This document shows, piece by piece, positions 17,597 through 27,093 of a stretch of DNA of 64,000 nt. A model generated the notes under the pieces. The model saw only the letters and a program-made list of their open reading frames with translations, was not told the DNA's origin and ran no database searches. The position numbers were made by a program, and so were the translations under genes. The stretch is from positions 12,140 through 76,139 of the forward strand of contig JBNMGG010000005.1 in assembly GCA_050872145.1 (NCBI GenBank), given 5' to 3'. Numbering within the stretch: position 1 is the stretch's first letter; every line of letters starts with the position of its first letter. This stretch comes from Candidatus Enteromonas sp. GTDB taxonomy: Bacteria > Bacillota_I > Bacilli_A > RFN20 > CAG-826.

Positions 17597-17941
17597 ATGA
17601 AAATCGCAATCGCATATGAAAACGGCATGGTGTTTCAGCACTTCGGAGAAACCCCCGCGTTTCTTTTAGCTGAAGTGGAAGGGGAGACAATCCTGTCCCA
17701 ACAAATCCATGAAAATGGAGGAGTTAGCCACGTGGGGCTTGTTTCCCTTTTGAAGGAACTTGGGGTGAACGCCCTTCTCTGCGGCGGCATTGGGGGAGGG
17801 GCTTACTCTTTCCTGAAAGAAGCGGGGATCGAGGTTTACGCTTCCCTCTCTGGATCTTGCCAAGACGTTTTGAATTCCTTTCTAAAAGGCGAACTTACCC
17901 CTTCAGACGGCCCGACCCATCAGTGCTCGTGCCATCATTAA
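17597..17941 (+). CDS. NifB/NifX-family (dinitrogenase FeMo-cofactor-binding-like) small protein
   Basis: MKIAIAYENGMVFQHFGETPAFLL...LLKELGVNALLCGGIGGGAYSFLKEAGIEVY matches the family pattern. GGAGG lies upstream. Confidence 0.7.
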   Translation: MKIAIAYENGMVFQHFGETPAFLLAEVEGETILSQQIHENGGVSHVGLVSLLKELGVNALLCGGIGGGAYSFLKEAGIEVYASLSGSCQDVLNSFLKGELTPSDGPTHQCSCHH

Positions 17942-17947
17942 TCGAGA

Positions 17948-17961
17948 CGTAAGCGCTTACG
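17948..17961. promoter_or_regulatory. perfect 14-bp palindrome CGTAAGCGCTTACG (cre-core-like)
   Basis: The sequence is self-complementary and shares the GTAAGCGCTTAC core of the optimal cre. It is intergenic, upstream of prs. Confidence 0.35.
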
Positions 17962-18031
17962 CGCGAACCCCCCTCGAAGTCAAAACTCATAGGGCTTAAA
18001 CTAATTTAAAACTTAGGGAGGAAAAGTCTTC

Positions 18032-19024
18032 ATGTTCGAGAACGCCGTCGTCTTCTCGCTTTCGGCCAATCAAAAATTGGCGGAGGCAATCGCCAAGAAA
18101 CTCAACATCAAGTTGGGCGAAAGGGTCGTCAAGAAATTCCCCTCCGGCGAGACGCTGGTCGAGCCGATCGACTCCGTCCGCGGGAAGCAGATCTTCATCG
18201 TCGAATCCACCTGCCCGCCGGTGAATGAGCATTTGATGGAAACCCTCATCTTCATCGACGCCCTCCGCCGCTCCTCGGCGAAGGAAATCAACCTCGTCTG
18301 CCCCTATTTCGGCTACGCCAGGCAGGACCGCAAAGCCCATGCCCGCCAGCCCATCTCCGCCGCCCTTGTCGCCCATTTGCTTTGCACCGCCGGGCTCGAC
18401 CGCATCATCACGGTCAACCTCCACGCCGCGCAGATCCAAGGCTACTTCTCCTGCTTGGCCGATGACCTCACCGCCGTCCCGCTTCTAGGCGGGGCCTTAT
18501 TGCAGGCCAAACCCGACCTCGCTAATCTCGTCATCGTCTCCCCCGACCACGGAGGCGTGGGCAGGGCGCGCGACTTGGCCGAGCAATTCAACAACTGCCC
18601 GATCGCCATCATCGACAAGAGGCGCAACGCCACCGGGGCCCCCGAGGTCATGAACCTCATCGGGGACGTGGAAGGGAAAGACTGCATCTTGGTCGACGAC
18701 ATGATCGATACCGGGCGCAGCGCCGTCAACGCCGCTGCCGCCCTGCGTAAATTCGGCGCAAAATCCGTTCGCATGGCCGCCGTCCACGCCGTCTTCTCCG
18801 ATCCCTGCTACGACTTGATCAAGGACGGTAAAGCCTTCGATGAGATCATCGTCACCGATTCCATCCCCTTGCCCGAACGCTTCGCCGCCCTTCCCTTCGT
18901 GAAGGCCATCTCCCTCTCCGACATGCTTGGGGAATGCATCTGTCGCATCGTCAACAACCAGCCCCTTTCCTCCGTCTACACCGCCTTCCAGGATTCCCAC
19001 ACCCTGATGGTGAAGTACAAGTAA
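18032..19024 (+). CDS. prs: ribose-phosphate pyrophosphokinase
   Basis: [38 protein letters not shown] and [14 protein letters not shown] are canonical Prs motifs. Confidence 0.95.
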   Translation: MFENAVVFSLSANQKLAEAIAKKLNIKLGERVVKKFPSGETLVEPIDSVRGKQIFIVESTCPPVNEHLMETLIFIDALRRSSAKEINLVCPYFGYARQDRKAHARQPISAALVAHLLCTAGLDRIITVNLHAAQIQGYFSCLADDLTAVPLLGGALLQAKPDLANLVIVSPDHGGVGRARDLAEQFNNCPIAIIDKRRNATGAPEVMNLIGDVEGKDCILVDDMIDTGRSAVNAAAALRKFGAKSVRMAAVHAVFSDPCYDLIKDGKAFDEIIVTDSIPLPERFAALPFVKAISLSDMLGECICRIVNNQPLSSVYTAFQDSHTLMVKYK

Positions 19025-19041
19025 GGAACCCGTTAAACGTC

Positions 19042-19069
19042 AGTCCTCCTCCGGGAGGACTTTCTTTTT
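19042..19069 (+). terminator. terminator after prs
   Basis: AGTCCTCC-TCCG-GGAGGACT hairpin followed by TTTCTTTTT. Confidence 0.8.
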
Positions 19070-19120
19070 ATCTTTTTACCGAAAAGAGGCGATGCCGTCG
19101 AATAAATAGTTTCCTTAACT

Positions 19121-19135
19121 TTGGTAGCGCTTTCT
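19121..19135. promoter_or_regulatory. cre-like site upstream of pflB
   Basis: TTGGTAGCGCTTTCT has one mismatch to the cre consensus. It shares the 13-mer TTTGGTAGCGCTT with the site at 9838. Confidence 0.35.
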
Positions 19136-19200
19136 TATGCACTTTCCTTGTTGTCACCTTTCCCATCCTTTTTAATTTCCCTGTAGCAAGGAGAATGCAC

Positions 19201-21444
19201 ATGACTGAAAACGCTGCCTGGTCCGGATTCTCGGGCCGCAAATGGAAAGAAGACTGCGACGTCAGAGACTTCATCCAGAACAACTACCTCCCGTATGACG
19301 GCGACGAGTCCTTCTTGAAAGGGCCCAGCCAAGCCACCGAAAAGCTTTGGAATGAGCTTCAGAAGCTTCAGAAAGAGGAGCGCGCCAAGGGCGGCGTCCT
19401 CGACATGGAGACTTCCGTCGTCTCTTCTTTGACTTCCTATGGCCCCGGCTATTTGGACAATGACCTCGAGAAAGTGGTGGGCCTTCAGACCGATAAGCCG
19501 CTGAAGCGCGCTTTCATGCCCTATGGCGGGATCAAGATGGCCGAAACCGCTTTGTCCACCTATGGCTATACCGTCGACCCGGAAATCCACAAGGCTTTCC
19601 ACCTCTATAAGAAAACCCACAACGACGGCGTCTTCGACGCCTATACCCCGGAGATGCTCAAATGCCGCCACAACAAAATCCTCACCGGCCTCCCCGATAC
19701 CTATGGCCGCGGCAGGATCGTCGGCGACTACCGCCGCGTCGCTCTCTATGGCATCGATCAATTGATCGCCTGGAAGGATGAAGACAAAGCCAATTGCGGC
19801 GACGGCACCATGACCGATGACGTCATCCGCCTCCGCGAAGAGCTCTCCGAGCAGATCCGCGCCCTCCAGGGGATGAAGGAAATGGCCGCTTCCTACGGCT
19901 TCGACATCTCTAAGCCCGCGAACAACGCCAAAGAAGCGGTGCCGTGGCTCTACTTCGGCTACCTCGCCGCCATCAAGACCCACAACGGCGCCGCCCTGAG
20001 CGTCGGCCGCATCTCGACCTTCCTCGACATCTACATCAACCGCGATTTGGAAAACGGCACCCTCACCGAAGAAGGTGCCCAGGAGCTCATCGACCACCTC
20101 GTCATGAAGTTCCGCATGGTCAAGTTCGCCCGCATCCCCTCCTATAACGCCCTCTTCTCCGGCGACCCAGTCTGGGCCACCTTGGAAGTGGCCGGCATGG
20201 GCCAAGACGGCCGCAGCATGGTCACCAAAAACGACTTCCGCTTCCTCCACACCTTGGAGAACATGGGCCCCTCCCCGGAGCCGAACCTGACCGTCCTCTG
20301 GAGCTCCCGCCTCCCGGAGGCCTTCAAGAAATACGCCTCCAAGATTTCCATCACCACCTCCTCCATCCAGTACGAGAACGACGACGTCATGCGCCCGATC
20401 TGGACCGATGACTATTCCATCTGCTGCTGCGTCTCCGCGACCCAGACCGGCAAGGAAATGCAGTTCTTCGGCGCCCGCGCCAACCTCGCCAAGTGCCTCC
20501 TTTACGCCATCAACGGCGGCAAGGACGAGAAGTCCTTCCAGCAAGTGGGCCCCGAGTATTCGCCCATCACCAGCGAGTACCTCTCCTACGAGGAAGTCCT
20601 CCACAAATTCGATTTGATGATGGACTGGCTCGCCGGCATCTACGTCAACACCCTCAACCTCATCCAGTACATGCACGACAAGTACTACTATGAGGCTGCC
20701 GAGATGGCCCTCATCGACACCAACGTCCGCCGCACCTTCGCTACTGGCATCGCCGGATTCTCCCACGTCGTCGATTCCCTCTCCGCCATCAAATACGCCA
20801 AAGTCAAAGCCATCCGCAACGAGCAGGGCATCACCACCGATTTCCAAATCGAGGGGGACTTCCCCAAATACGGCAACGACGATGACCGCGCTGACGAAAT
20901 CGCCGTCCAGCTTCTGAAGACCTTCATGGGCAAGATCGCCAAGCATCACACCTACCGCGATTCCGAGCCCACGACCTCCATCCTCACCATCACTTCCAAC
21001 GTCGTTTACGGCAAAGCCACCGGGGCCCTTCCGGATGGCCGCAAAGCCGGCGAGCCGCTTTCCCCGGGCGCTAACCCCTCTTATGGGGCGGAGCAGAACG
21101 GGTTGCTGGCTTCCCTCAACTCGGTTGCCAAGCTTCCGTATGAATATGCTCTCGACGGCATCTCCAACACGCAGACCATCGCCCCGGACGCGCTTGGCCA
21201 CAGCGAAGAGGAGAGGAAGAACAACCTCGCCCAGGTCTTGGACGGCTACTTCGACCAAGGCGCTCACCACCTCAACGTGAACGTCTTCGGCAAGGAGAAG
21301 CTCATCGATGCGATGAACCACCCCGAGAAGCCCGAATACGCGAACTTCACCATCCGCGTCTCCGGCTATGCGGTCAAGTTCATCGACCTCACCAAAGAGC
21401 AGCAGATGGACGTCATCTCCAGAACCTGCCACCACTCTTTATAA
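19201..21444 (+). CDS. pflB: formate C-acetyltransferase (pyruvate formate-lyase)
   Basis: The ATG at 19201 lies 7 nt after AAGGAG. The product runs [29 protein letters not shown]... It has the internal CCVS active-site pair (YSICCCVSA) and the C-terminal glycyl-radical motif TIRVSGYAV. Confidence 0.95.
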   Translation: MTENAAWSGFSGRKWKEDCDVRDFIQNNYLPYDGDESFLKGPSQATEKLWNELQKLQKEERAKGGVLDMETSVVSSLTSYGPGYLDNDLEKVVGLQTDKPLKRAFMPYGGIKMAETALSTYGYTVDPEIHKAFHLYKKTHNDGVFDAYTPEMLKCRHNKILTGLPDTYGRGRIVGDYRRVALYGIDQLIAWKDEDKANCGDGTMTDDVIRLREELSEQIRALQGMKEMAASYGFDISKPANNAKEAVPWLYFGYLAAIKTHNGAALSVGRISTFLDIYINRDLENGTLTEEGAQELIDHLVMKFRMVKFARIPSYNALFSGDPVWATLEVAGMGQDGRSMVTKNDFRFLHTLENMGPSPEPNLTVLWSSRLPEAFKKYASKISITTSSIQYENDDVMRPIWTDDYSICCCVSATQTGKEMQFFGARANLAKCLLYAINGGKDEKSFQQVGPEYSPITSEYLSYEEVLHKFDLMMDWLAGIYVNTLNLIQYMHDKYYYEAAEMALIDTNVRRTFATGIAGFSHVVDSLSAIKYAKVKAIRNEQGITTDFQIEGDFPKYGNDDDRADEIAVQLLKTFMGKIAKHHTYRDSEPTTSILTITSNVVYGKATGALPDGRKAGEPLSPGANPSYGAEQNGLLASLNSVAKLPYEYALDGISNTQTIAPDALGHSEEERKNNLAQVLDGYFDQGAHHLNVNVFGKEKLIDAMNHPEKPEYANFTIRVSGYAVKFIDLTKEQQMDVISRTCHHSL

Positions 21445-21456
21445 GGAGAAAAAACA

Positions 21457-22194
21457 ATGGGGACGTTAGGCTATTACCAATCCATCGAATCCTTCGCCCT
21501 CGTGGACGGACCGGGGGTACGGTCCGTCCTTTTCCTTCAGGGCTGTCCGTTCCGTTGCCTTTTCTGCCATAACCCCGATACTTGGCCGTTTCTGAAGACC
21601 AACCCCATCTCCCCGGAGGAGGCCTTCGCCAAACTGTCCCGCTTCAAGCCTTATTGGAAGAACAACGGCGGAATCACCGTCTCCGGCGGAGAGCCCCTTT
21701 CTCAACTCGATTTCCTGGTAGACTTCGCCAAGATTTGCCGCAAAAACGGCGTATCTTTGGCCATCGACACGGCGGGAGGCCCCTTTCATCGGGATGAGAA
21801 ATGGCTGCAGAAGTTTGACGCTTTGCTTGAAAATAGCAGCTTGTTCCTTTTGGACATGAAGGTCTTTGACCCTAAAATCCATAAAGAATTGGTCGGGGCT
21901 GACAACGCGAACGTCTTGGACCTCTTCCATTACCTCGCGGAGAAGAAGTTCCCCATTTGGGTCCGGCGCGTTTTGGTCCCCGGATGGAACGATGATCCCA
22001 AGATCCTCGCCCAAGAAGGGGAGTTCCTCTCTAGCCTAGGGAATGTGAAGAGAATCGAAGTTCTCCCTTACCACACCCTCGGGACGTTCAAATACAAAAA
22101 GCTCGGCATCCCCTATCGCCTGGAAGGGGTCAATCCTCCCAGCGAAGAGCAAGTTAAAGAAGCCGAGAAATTGCTCCGCGTCTCCTCTTACTAA
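21457..22194 (+). CDS. pflA: pyruvate formate-lyase activating enzyme (radical SAM)
   Basis: DGPGVRSVLFLQGCPFRCLFCHNPDTW (CxxxCxxC) and GGITVSGGEP. It lies directly downstream of pflB. Confidence 0.95.
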   Translation: MGTLGYYQSIESFALVDGPGVRSVLFLQGCPFRCLFCHNPDTWPFLKTNPISPEEAFAKLSRFKPYWKNNGGITVSGGEPLSQLDFLVDFAKICRKNGVSLAIDTAGGPFHRDEKWLQKFDALLENSSLFLLDMKVFDPKIHKELVGADNANVLDLFHYLAEKKFPIWVRRVLVPGWNDDPKILAQEGEFLSSLGNVKRIEVLPYHTLGTFKYKKLGIPYRLEGVNPPSEEQVKEAEKLLRVSSY

Positions 22195-22230
22195 AAAAAC
22201 GTGCCCCGGGTTTCCGGAGCACGTTTTCGT
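22194..22230. terminator. bidirectional terminator between convergent genes
   Basis: AAAAAAACGTGCCCCGG-GTTT-CCGGAGCACGTTTTCG, with an A run on one side and a T run on the other. Confidence 0.7.
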
Positions 22231-22236
22231 TAGGCC

Positions 22237-23169
22237 TTACTTCAGCAGTTCTTTCAAGTCGTCGATCAAGGCAAGCAGGATCTTGATTTTGTCCTTGCAG
22301 AACTCTTCGTCCTTCCCGTCCAGCAAGAAGGCTTGGTAGAGCCCGGAAACAAGGGAGGCAAGCGAAGAGACGATGGCTTGGACGTTGGCTTTCTTTTGCT
22401 CCGGCGTCCAGCCTTTTTTGCTTTCTTGAATCAAGGTGGCCTTCAAGGGCAAAAGGGCTTGGACATCCTCTTTGGTCAAAGCAAGGAACGCCTCGGTGCC
22501 TTTGCTTTGGTCATTGCAGTAGGGGAGCCCGTTTTCCCCGGTCAGTAAGAAACCCAAGCAGGAAGCGACTTTGTCCTGCCCTTCGCCTAAGAGGGCTTTC
22601 GCGCTGCAAAGGGCGCATTTCCCTTCGACTTTCTGATTCAAAATCTTGAAGTATTCCCCAAGGGCAGCTTTGACTTCCTCGGTGTACTTCATGCCGGAGA
22701 AAAGGGAAACCGTCAGCGTGCGGAAATTGGCTTCCAATTCCTTTTCATAGTTGGACAAGGCTTCTTTGTTCCCAAACAAGGCCAAAGAGAGGGCTTCTTC
22801 GGATTCGCTGGAATTCGCGTATTCAAAGGAATCGTTGGCCAGATAATAAAGCGCGAAGGCGACCTTCTTCGCCTCGACGTCGAGCTCTTTTTTGGCTAGG
22901 TCGGCCAAAGGCTCTTCCTCTTTCTTCTCGGGGTTGACCTCCAAAAGCCTCGCTTGGTCTTTGGCAAGTTCCTTCTCCAAGGATTCGGTGCGCGACTTTT
23001 TGACGGAGTTGCCAATGTTCTTGCCGAACTTCTTGAAGATGCTCTCCTTCTCCTCGTGGGCGACTTCTTTATTGTCCTCGATGCCCTTTTGGATGAGCTT
23101 GATGTCTTCCTGCAAACGGAAGGATTCGCTTTGGATAAGCAAAACGTCTTTGATGGATGATTCGTTCAT
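22237..23169 (-). CDS. hypothetical protein (alpha-helical, charged N-terminal half)
   Basis: A 310-aa ORF with protein-like composition and GGAGG upstream. No family recognised. Confidence 0.5.
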   Translation of the reverse strand: MNESSIKDVLLIQSESFRLQEDIKLIQKGIEDNKEVAHEEKESIFKKFGKNIGNSVKKSRTESLEKELAKDQARLLEVNPEKKEEEPLADLAKKELDVEAKKVAFALYYLANDSFEYANSSESEEALSLALFGNKEALSNYEKELEANFRTLTVSLFSGMKYTEEVKAALGEYFKILNQKVEGKCALCSAKALLGEGQDKVASCLGFLLTGENGLPYCNDQSKGTEAFLALTKEDVQALLPLKATLIQESKKGWTPEQKKANVQAIVSSLASLVSGLYQAFLLDGKDEEFCKDKIKILLALIDDLKELLK

Positions 23170-23261
23170 GGTTTTTCCTCCGCGTTGATTTTAGTCTTCT
23201 TTTCCCGTTGGCGCGAAACTTGATTCGCGAATCGATAAGAGAGATCAACGTCCCTCAAATT

Positions 23262-23276
23262 TAGAAAGCGCTTCCA
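23262..23276. promoter_or_regulatory. cre-like site
   Basis: TAGAAAGCGCTTCCA has one mismatch to the cre consensus. It is intergenic, upstream of the uracil-type permease. Confidence 0.3.
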
Positions 23277-23289
23277 AGAGGAATCATCC

Positions 23290-23436
23290 CCCTTCCCAGC
23301 ATCCTCATCAGGCCTTAAACTTAAGTCCCGGAGCAAGCGAAATGATGCAAACCGGGAAAGGAAATATCGTCGCCAACATGGGCCGATTCTTCCCCTCCCG
23401 TCGTTTGTTTTGAGGCCTTAGGGCCTTATTTTTTTG
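23290..23436 (+). promoter_or_regulatory. candidate transcription-attenuation leader of the permease gene
   Basis: A terminator-like hairpin AGGCC-TTAG-GGCCT plus a T7 run (23413-23435) ends about 30 nt before the start codon. The palindromic AGGCCT(TA) occurs three times (about 23310, 23413, 23421), which allows alternative pairings. There is also a TCCCGG...CCGGGA hairpin at 23326-23355. Confidence 0.35.
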
Positions 23437-23466
23437 CCCGCATCCAGGAAAGGAAGGTTCCCATCA

Positions 23467-24984
23467 ATGAGTGGAAACAAAAACGGCGCCGCTGCAAACG
23501 AAGCGCTACAACCCCATCCGAACGGAATGCTGCTTGAGGTCGACGAAGCCCCCAAGAAGCCAGGAAAGTGGATCATCCTGGCCATCCAGCACGTCTTGGC
23601 CATGTTCGTGGCCTGCATCACGGTCCCGATGATCGTCTTCGCTGGTTCGACCGTCACCCTGAACGGGGCGGAAGTCAGCTTGGCTGCCGTCATGATCGCC
23701 CCGACCCTCTTCAGCGCCGGCATCGGCACGATCTTCTACCTCGTCGTCACCAAATTCAAATCGCCGATGTTCCTCGCCTCTTCCTTCGCCTACATGGCGG
23801 CGATGAGCGAGGCCATCAAAATCGACGCCGCCGCGGGACAAGTCAACCTCTGGATCCTCCCGGTTGGCATGGCCATGGTCGGCGTGGTGTATTGCCTCGT
23901 CGCCTTCCTCATCAAAATTTTCGGCGTCAAATGGCTCAATAAACTCCTTCCGACCATCGTCGTCGGACCGGTCATCATCGTCATCGGACTTTCCCTTGCC
24001 GGAAGCGCCATCTCCAATTTGACCACCGGATGGACCGGCGGGAATTACAACTGGTGCGCCATCCTCTCTGGGCTCGTGGCAATGCTGGTCACCGCCCTCT
24101 GCGCCCACTACGGGAAAGGGACCGTCTCCTTGGTCCCCTTCGTCCTCGGCATGGCTAGCGGCTACGTCGTCGCGGCCCTGTTCACCCTCATCGGCTACTA
24201 CGGCTGCGGTGCTGAATATTGCCACGTCATCAACTTCGACCCGCTCGTTGGCTTGTTCGCAACGAAGCAAATGGATGGGTCTTGGGTTGCCCACGTCACC
24301 GTCCAATCCTTCATCGACTATCCGAAGTTCCTCTTCCTCGTCGCTTCTCAAAGCAGCAACGTGGTTCCCCTCACCGGCTCCGCGGTCGGGCAGGCGGCCC
24401 TCATCTTCATCCCCGTCTCCTTGGTCACCATCTGCGAGCACATCGGCGACCACAAGAACATGTCCGGCGTCCTTCAGCGCGACCTTCTTGAGAAGCCTGG
24501 CTTGACCCGCACCTTGATCGGCGACGGCGTCGCTACGGCCATCTCCGGCATCTGCTGCGGCGCGGCCAACACCACCTACGGGGAGAACGTCGCCGTCATC
24601 GGCGTCACCAAAATCGCCTCCACCAAAGTCATCTTCCTCGCTTGCTTGTTCTCCATGGCCCTCGGGTTCTTCAGCCCCTTGATGGGCCTTGTCCAGACCA
24701 TCCCCGCCTGCGTCACCGGCGGCGTCTCGATGATCCTCTACGGCTTCATCGCCTCCTCCGGCGTCAAGATGCTCATCAATGAGCGCGTCAACATGGCCAA
24801 GACCAAGAACATCTTCGTCACCTCGGTCATCCTCGTGGCCGGCATCGGCGGATTGGTCTTTAGCTTCGCCATCGGCAGCTTCGCCGTCTCCATCACCTCC
24901 GTCTCCGTCGCGATGATCCTCGGCATCGTTCTCAACGCCATCCTCCGCGAAAAGAAAGCGGACCCGGCTGCGGAAGCGAAGTAA
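23467..24984 (+). CDS. NCS2-family nucleobase permease (uracil/xanthine type)
   Basis: WIILAIQHVLAMFVACITVPMIV near the N-terminus, the ICEHIGD and ENVAVIGVTK motifs, and a polytopic profile. The ATG at 23467 (MSGNKNG) is preferred over the tracked 23434. Confidence 0.8.
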   Translation: MSGNKNGAAANEALQPHPNGMLLEVDEAPKKPGKWIILAIQHVLAMFVACITVPMIVFAGSTVTLNGAEVSLAAVMIAPTLFSAGIGTIFYLVVTKFKSPMFLASSFAYMAAMSEAIKIDAAAGQVNLWILPVGMAMVGVVYCLVAFLIKIFGVKWLNKLLPTIVVGPVIIVIGLSLAGSAISNLTTGWTGGNYNWCAILSGLVAMLVTALCAHYGKGTVSLVPFVLGMASGYVVAALFTLIGYYGCGAEYCHVINFDPLVGLFATKQMDGSWVAHVTVQSFIDYPKFLFLVASQSSNVVPLTGSAVGQAALIFIPVSLVTICEHIGDHKNMSGVLQRDLLEKPGLTRTLIGDGVATAISGICCGAANTTYGENVAVIGVTKIASTKVIFLACLFSMALGFFSPLMGLVQTIPACVTGGVSMILYGFIASSGVKMLINERVNMAKTKNIFVTSVILVAGIGGLVFSFAIGSFAVSITSVSVAMILGIVLNAILREKKADPAAEAK

Positions 24985-25002
24985 TTCCTCATCCTATCCC
25001 AA

Positions 25003-25026
25003 GGCGGCTTAACGGCCGCCTTTTTT
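25003..25026 (+). terminator. terminator after the permease gene
   Basis: GGCGGC-TTAACG-GCCGCC followed by TTTTTT. Confidence 0.8.
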
Positions 25027-25033
25027 CGTCGAC

Positions 25034-25059
25034 AAAAAAACGTTCCTTCCTCAGGAACG
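25034..25059 (-). terminator. terminator after the nitroreductase gene
   Basis: On the minus strand, CGTTCCT-GAGGA-AGGAACG is followed by TTTTTTT. Confidence 0.75.
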
Positions 25060-25068
25060 CTTTGGCTT

Positions 25069-25620
25069 TTATAAAGCGAAGATTCTTCCTTGGCTCGATT
25101 TGGGGTGGCACGAGGATTGGGATTTGTCTTCGTACCCCACGATGAGGTTCCCAATCCCTTCGTAATCTCCAGCAATCCCGGCTTTCGCCAAGATGGCCTT
25201 GCCTTCTTCGGTGGAGAAACTTTCCTTCGCGCGGTGGATCCAGCAGCAGCCTAATCCCAAAGCGGTGGCTTCGAGCATCATATATCCCAGCGCGATGGAG
25301 CCGTCGTAGACTCGAGTCGTCGTCTGCTTGCTGGCCAATACGACGATGACCTCCTTCGCCCCATAGAAGGGATCCCCGTTCGGATTTCCGGTGAAGGAGG
25401 CGTTGATCCGAGACAGTTCCCGAATCGTTCGCTCGTCCTTGATCGCGAGGAAAATCGTGTTCTGGCGGTTCATCCCCGTCGGGGACAAAATCCCGGCCTC
25501 GATGATTTTTTCGATTTTCTTCTCCTCAACGGGTTTGTCCAAATAAGCCCGGCAGGAATGGCGATCCTTCATTAAATCCATTAATTCCCTTTCTTCCATG
25601 GTTAAAACCTCCAGTGGCAT
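25069..25620 (-). CDS. nitroreductase family protein
   Basis: LMKDRHSCRAYLDKPVEEKKIEKIIEAGILSPTGMNRQ is the typical nitroreductase N-terminal signature. Length 183 aa. Confidence 0.8.
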   Translation of the reverse strand: MPLEVLTMEERELMDLMKDRHSCRAYLDKPVEEKKIEKIIEAGILSPTGMNRQNTIFLAIKDERTIRELSRINASFTGNPNGDPFYGAKEVIVVLASKQTTTRVYDGSIALGYMMLEATALGLGCCWIHRAKESFSTEEGKAILAKAGIAGDYEGIGNLIVGYEDKSQSSCHPKSSQGRIFAL

Positions 25621-25643
25621 TTTAGGCCGTTTTCAAAAGATGG

Positions 25644-26215
25644 TTATTCGAATTTGCGGAATTCCAAAAATCCTTGAACAAGCTTAAAGCAAGCGGTCAA
25701 CAAAATCGGGAGGAATCGGCATGCGTAAGCGGCCCAATCGAAGCAGAAACTGAATCCGGCGACGGGTCTGAAAATCGCCATGAAGACGGGGCATACAGCC
25801 AAAACGAAAGAGACGCAGCAAAGCAAGGCGAAGCGGATTGCCTGATGGTGAAACGGATGCTGTTGAGCCTTATTAGGCGAATGGGGAAGGCTCTTTTCTC
25901 TTTTTCGGCGGATAAGATATCCTTGGCCCATTGGGCGAAAAGAAGGAAGAAAATATGGTTAAAAAGTCAGGATTAGCAAGCTTGCAGCGTGAAAAGGAGG
26001 GATAGAATCGGGTCTATGGCCTGGACGGGGTGAAGAAACTCGCCATTTCGGCAGGAATCACGGTGTTTCCTCGCTTTCTAATTATGGTGGTGGCCTTGAT
26101 TGAATCCGAGTCTTCAAAGGTTTCGTTTTTTAAACGTTGCTCATGGATGAACATCTTCCACTCCAAAAGCAATTCTGCCGAACGATTTTTGGTGGGCGAG
26201 GAAAGACGCTTATCC
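25644..26215 (-). pseudogene. decayed FtsX-like ABC permease remnant (paralogue of 27442-28591)
   Basis: The C-terminal fragment FRPVAGFSFCFDWAAYACRFLPILLTACFKLVQGFLEFRKFE aligns with FRAIAGFSFYFGWNAYLCLLLPVLLTACFKLVQGNVEFRKFK of the 27442 ORF. Similarity continues upstream in shifted frames (AQWAKDI.., TVIPAEMASFF vs SLIPEEMANFL, DSDSI vs DQDSL) with stops and frame changes. Confidence 0.6.
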
Positions 26216-26330
26216 TAAACTACGTTATTTTCTAAGGGTCGGTTAATGAGTGATATAAAAGTTTCTTTCTGTGCGAAAAAGCAAATGATTTGGAAGAAAA
26301 TTGAGGTCGCCTTTGACTATAATTTTTTAT

Positions 26331-26993
26331 ATGAAACAACCCTATGTCATCAATTTTCTTGGCGACTCAATCACGGAAGGGATCGGAGCGGACTGTCCTG
26401 AAAACGTCTATTCCACCGTGTGTTGCCGTTTGGCTAAGGCAAAAGAAGGGAATTACGGTCTCAGCGGTTCTCGCATTGCCAAGCAACGCGTTAACGCCAA
26501 AAACAACCCGGATGAGGAGTTTATCCTTCGTGCGAGATGGATGAATTCGTGCGATTTCTTATTCGTGTTTGGTGGGACCAACGATTTCGGCCATGGAGAT
26601 GCGGAATTGGGCCAAATGGGCGATGTCACCCGATGGACTTTCTATGGCGCGCTTCACGAGCTCATCCAATATCTATTGACTAAGAAAGAGCTTAGGCGAG
26701 AACAAATTTGCTTTATCATCCCCACTCCGCGCCAAGACGAAGACAGCCCCTATGGCGACGGCAGCAAATGCTGGAAGGAATTCCCTGTTTTGGAAGAATA
26801 CCGCAACGCGATTCGCAGGGAGTGCGACGCTTTCGGAATTGATTACTACGAAAGCAAGCTGCCAGCCCCACCAAAAGGGTTCGAAGGCCCGAGTGAATTT
26901 TTTGTCGATGGTTTGCACCCCAGCACAAAAGGGCATATCCAATTGGGCACGGAGCTCTACGAATATCTAAAAAAGAAAGGCCTTGCGGAATAA
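26331..26993 (+). CDS. SGNH/GDSL-type hydrolase
   Basis: MKQPYVINFLGDSITEGIG (block I GDS), FGGTNDF (block III) and DGLHPSTKGH (block V DxxH). Confidence 0.75.
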   Translation: MKQPYVINFLGDSITEGIGADCPENVYSTVCCRLAKAKEGNYGLSGSRIAKQRVNAKNNPDEEFILRARWMNSCDFLFVFGGTNDFGHGDAELGQMGDVTRWTFYGALHELIQYLLTKKELRREQICFIIPTPRQDEDSPYGDGSKCWKEFPVLEEYRNAIRRECDAFGIDYYESKLPAPPKGFEGPSEFFVDGLHPSTKGHIQLGTELYEYLKKKGLAE

Positions 26994-27093
26994 AAAACTG
27001 ATAGAGAAATGAACTGGATCTCGTAATTCGGGCGGTTTGAAAAAGCTTATCAAAATGATTGCCTCCGATTGCAATGCCGTCGGAGGTTTTCTT

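Noticed and set aside
19135-21435. A 766-aa ORF on the minus strand.
   Set aside because: It is exactly antisense to pflB. Its composition is a monotonous G/V/D/A/E/L mix typical of shadow frames in GC3-rich genes. It has no RBS and no recognisable motif, whereas the plus-strand product is an unmistakable pyruvate formate-lyase.
23321-23340. A PyrR binding loop in the uracil-permease leader.
   Set aside because: AAGUCCCGGAGCAAGC only loosely resembles the ARUCCAGAGAGGCU consensus as I remember it, and no pyrR gene is in the window. It is kept only as a generic attenuator candidate.
26030-26218. A 62-aa plus-strand ORF, and the analogous 27805-28191 ORF.
   Set aside because: Both lie antisense to permease or permease-remnant sequence, and their mutual similarity simply reflects the duplicated DNA.
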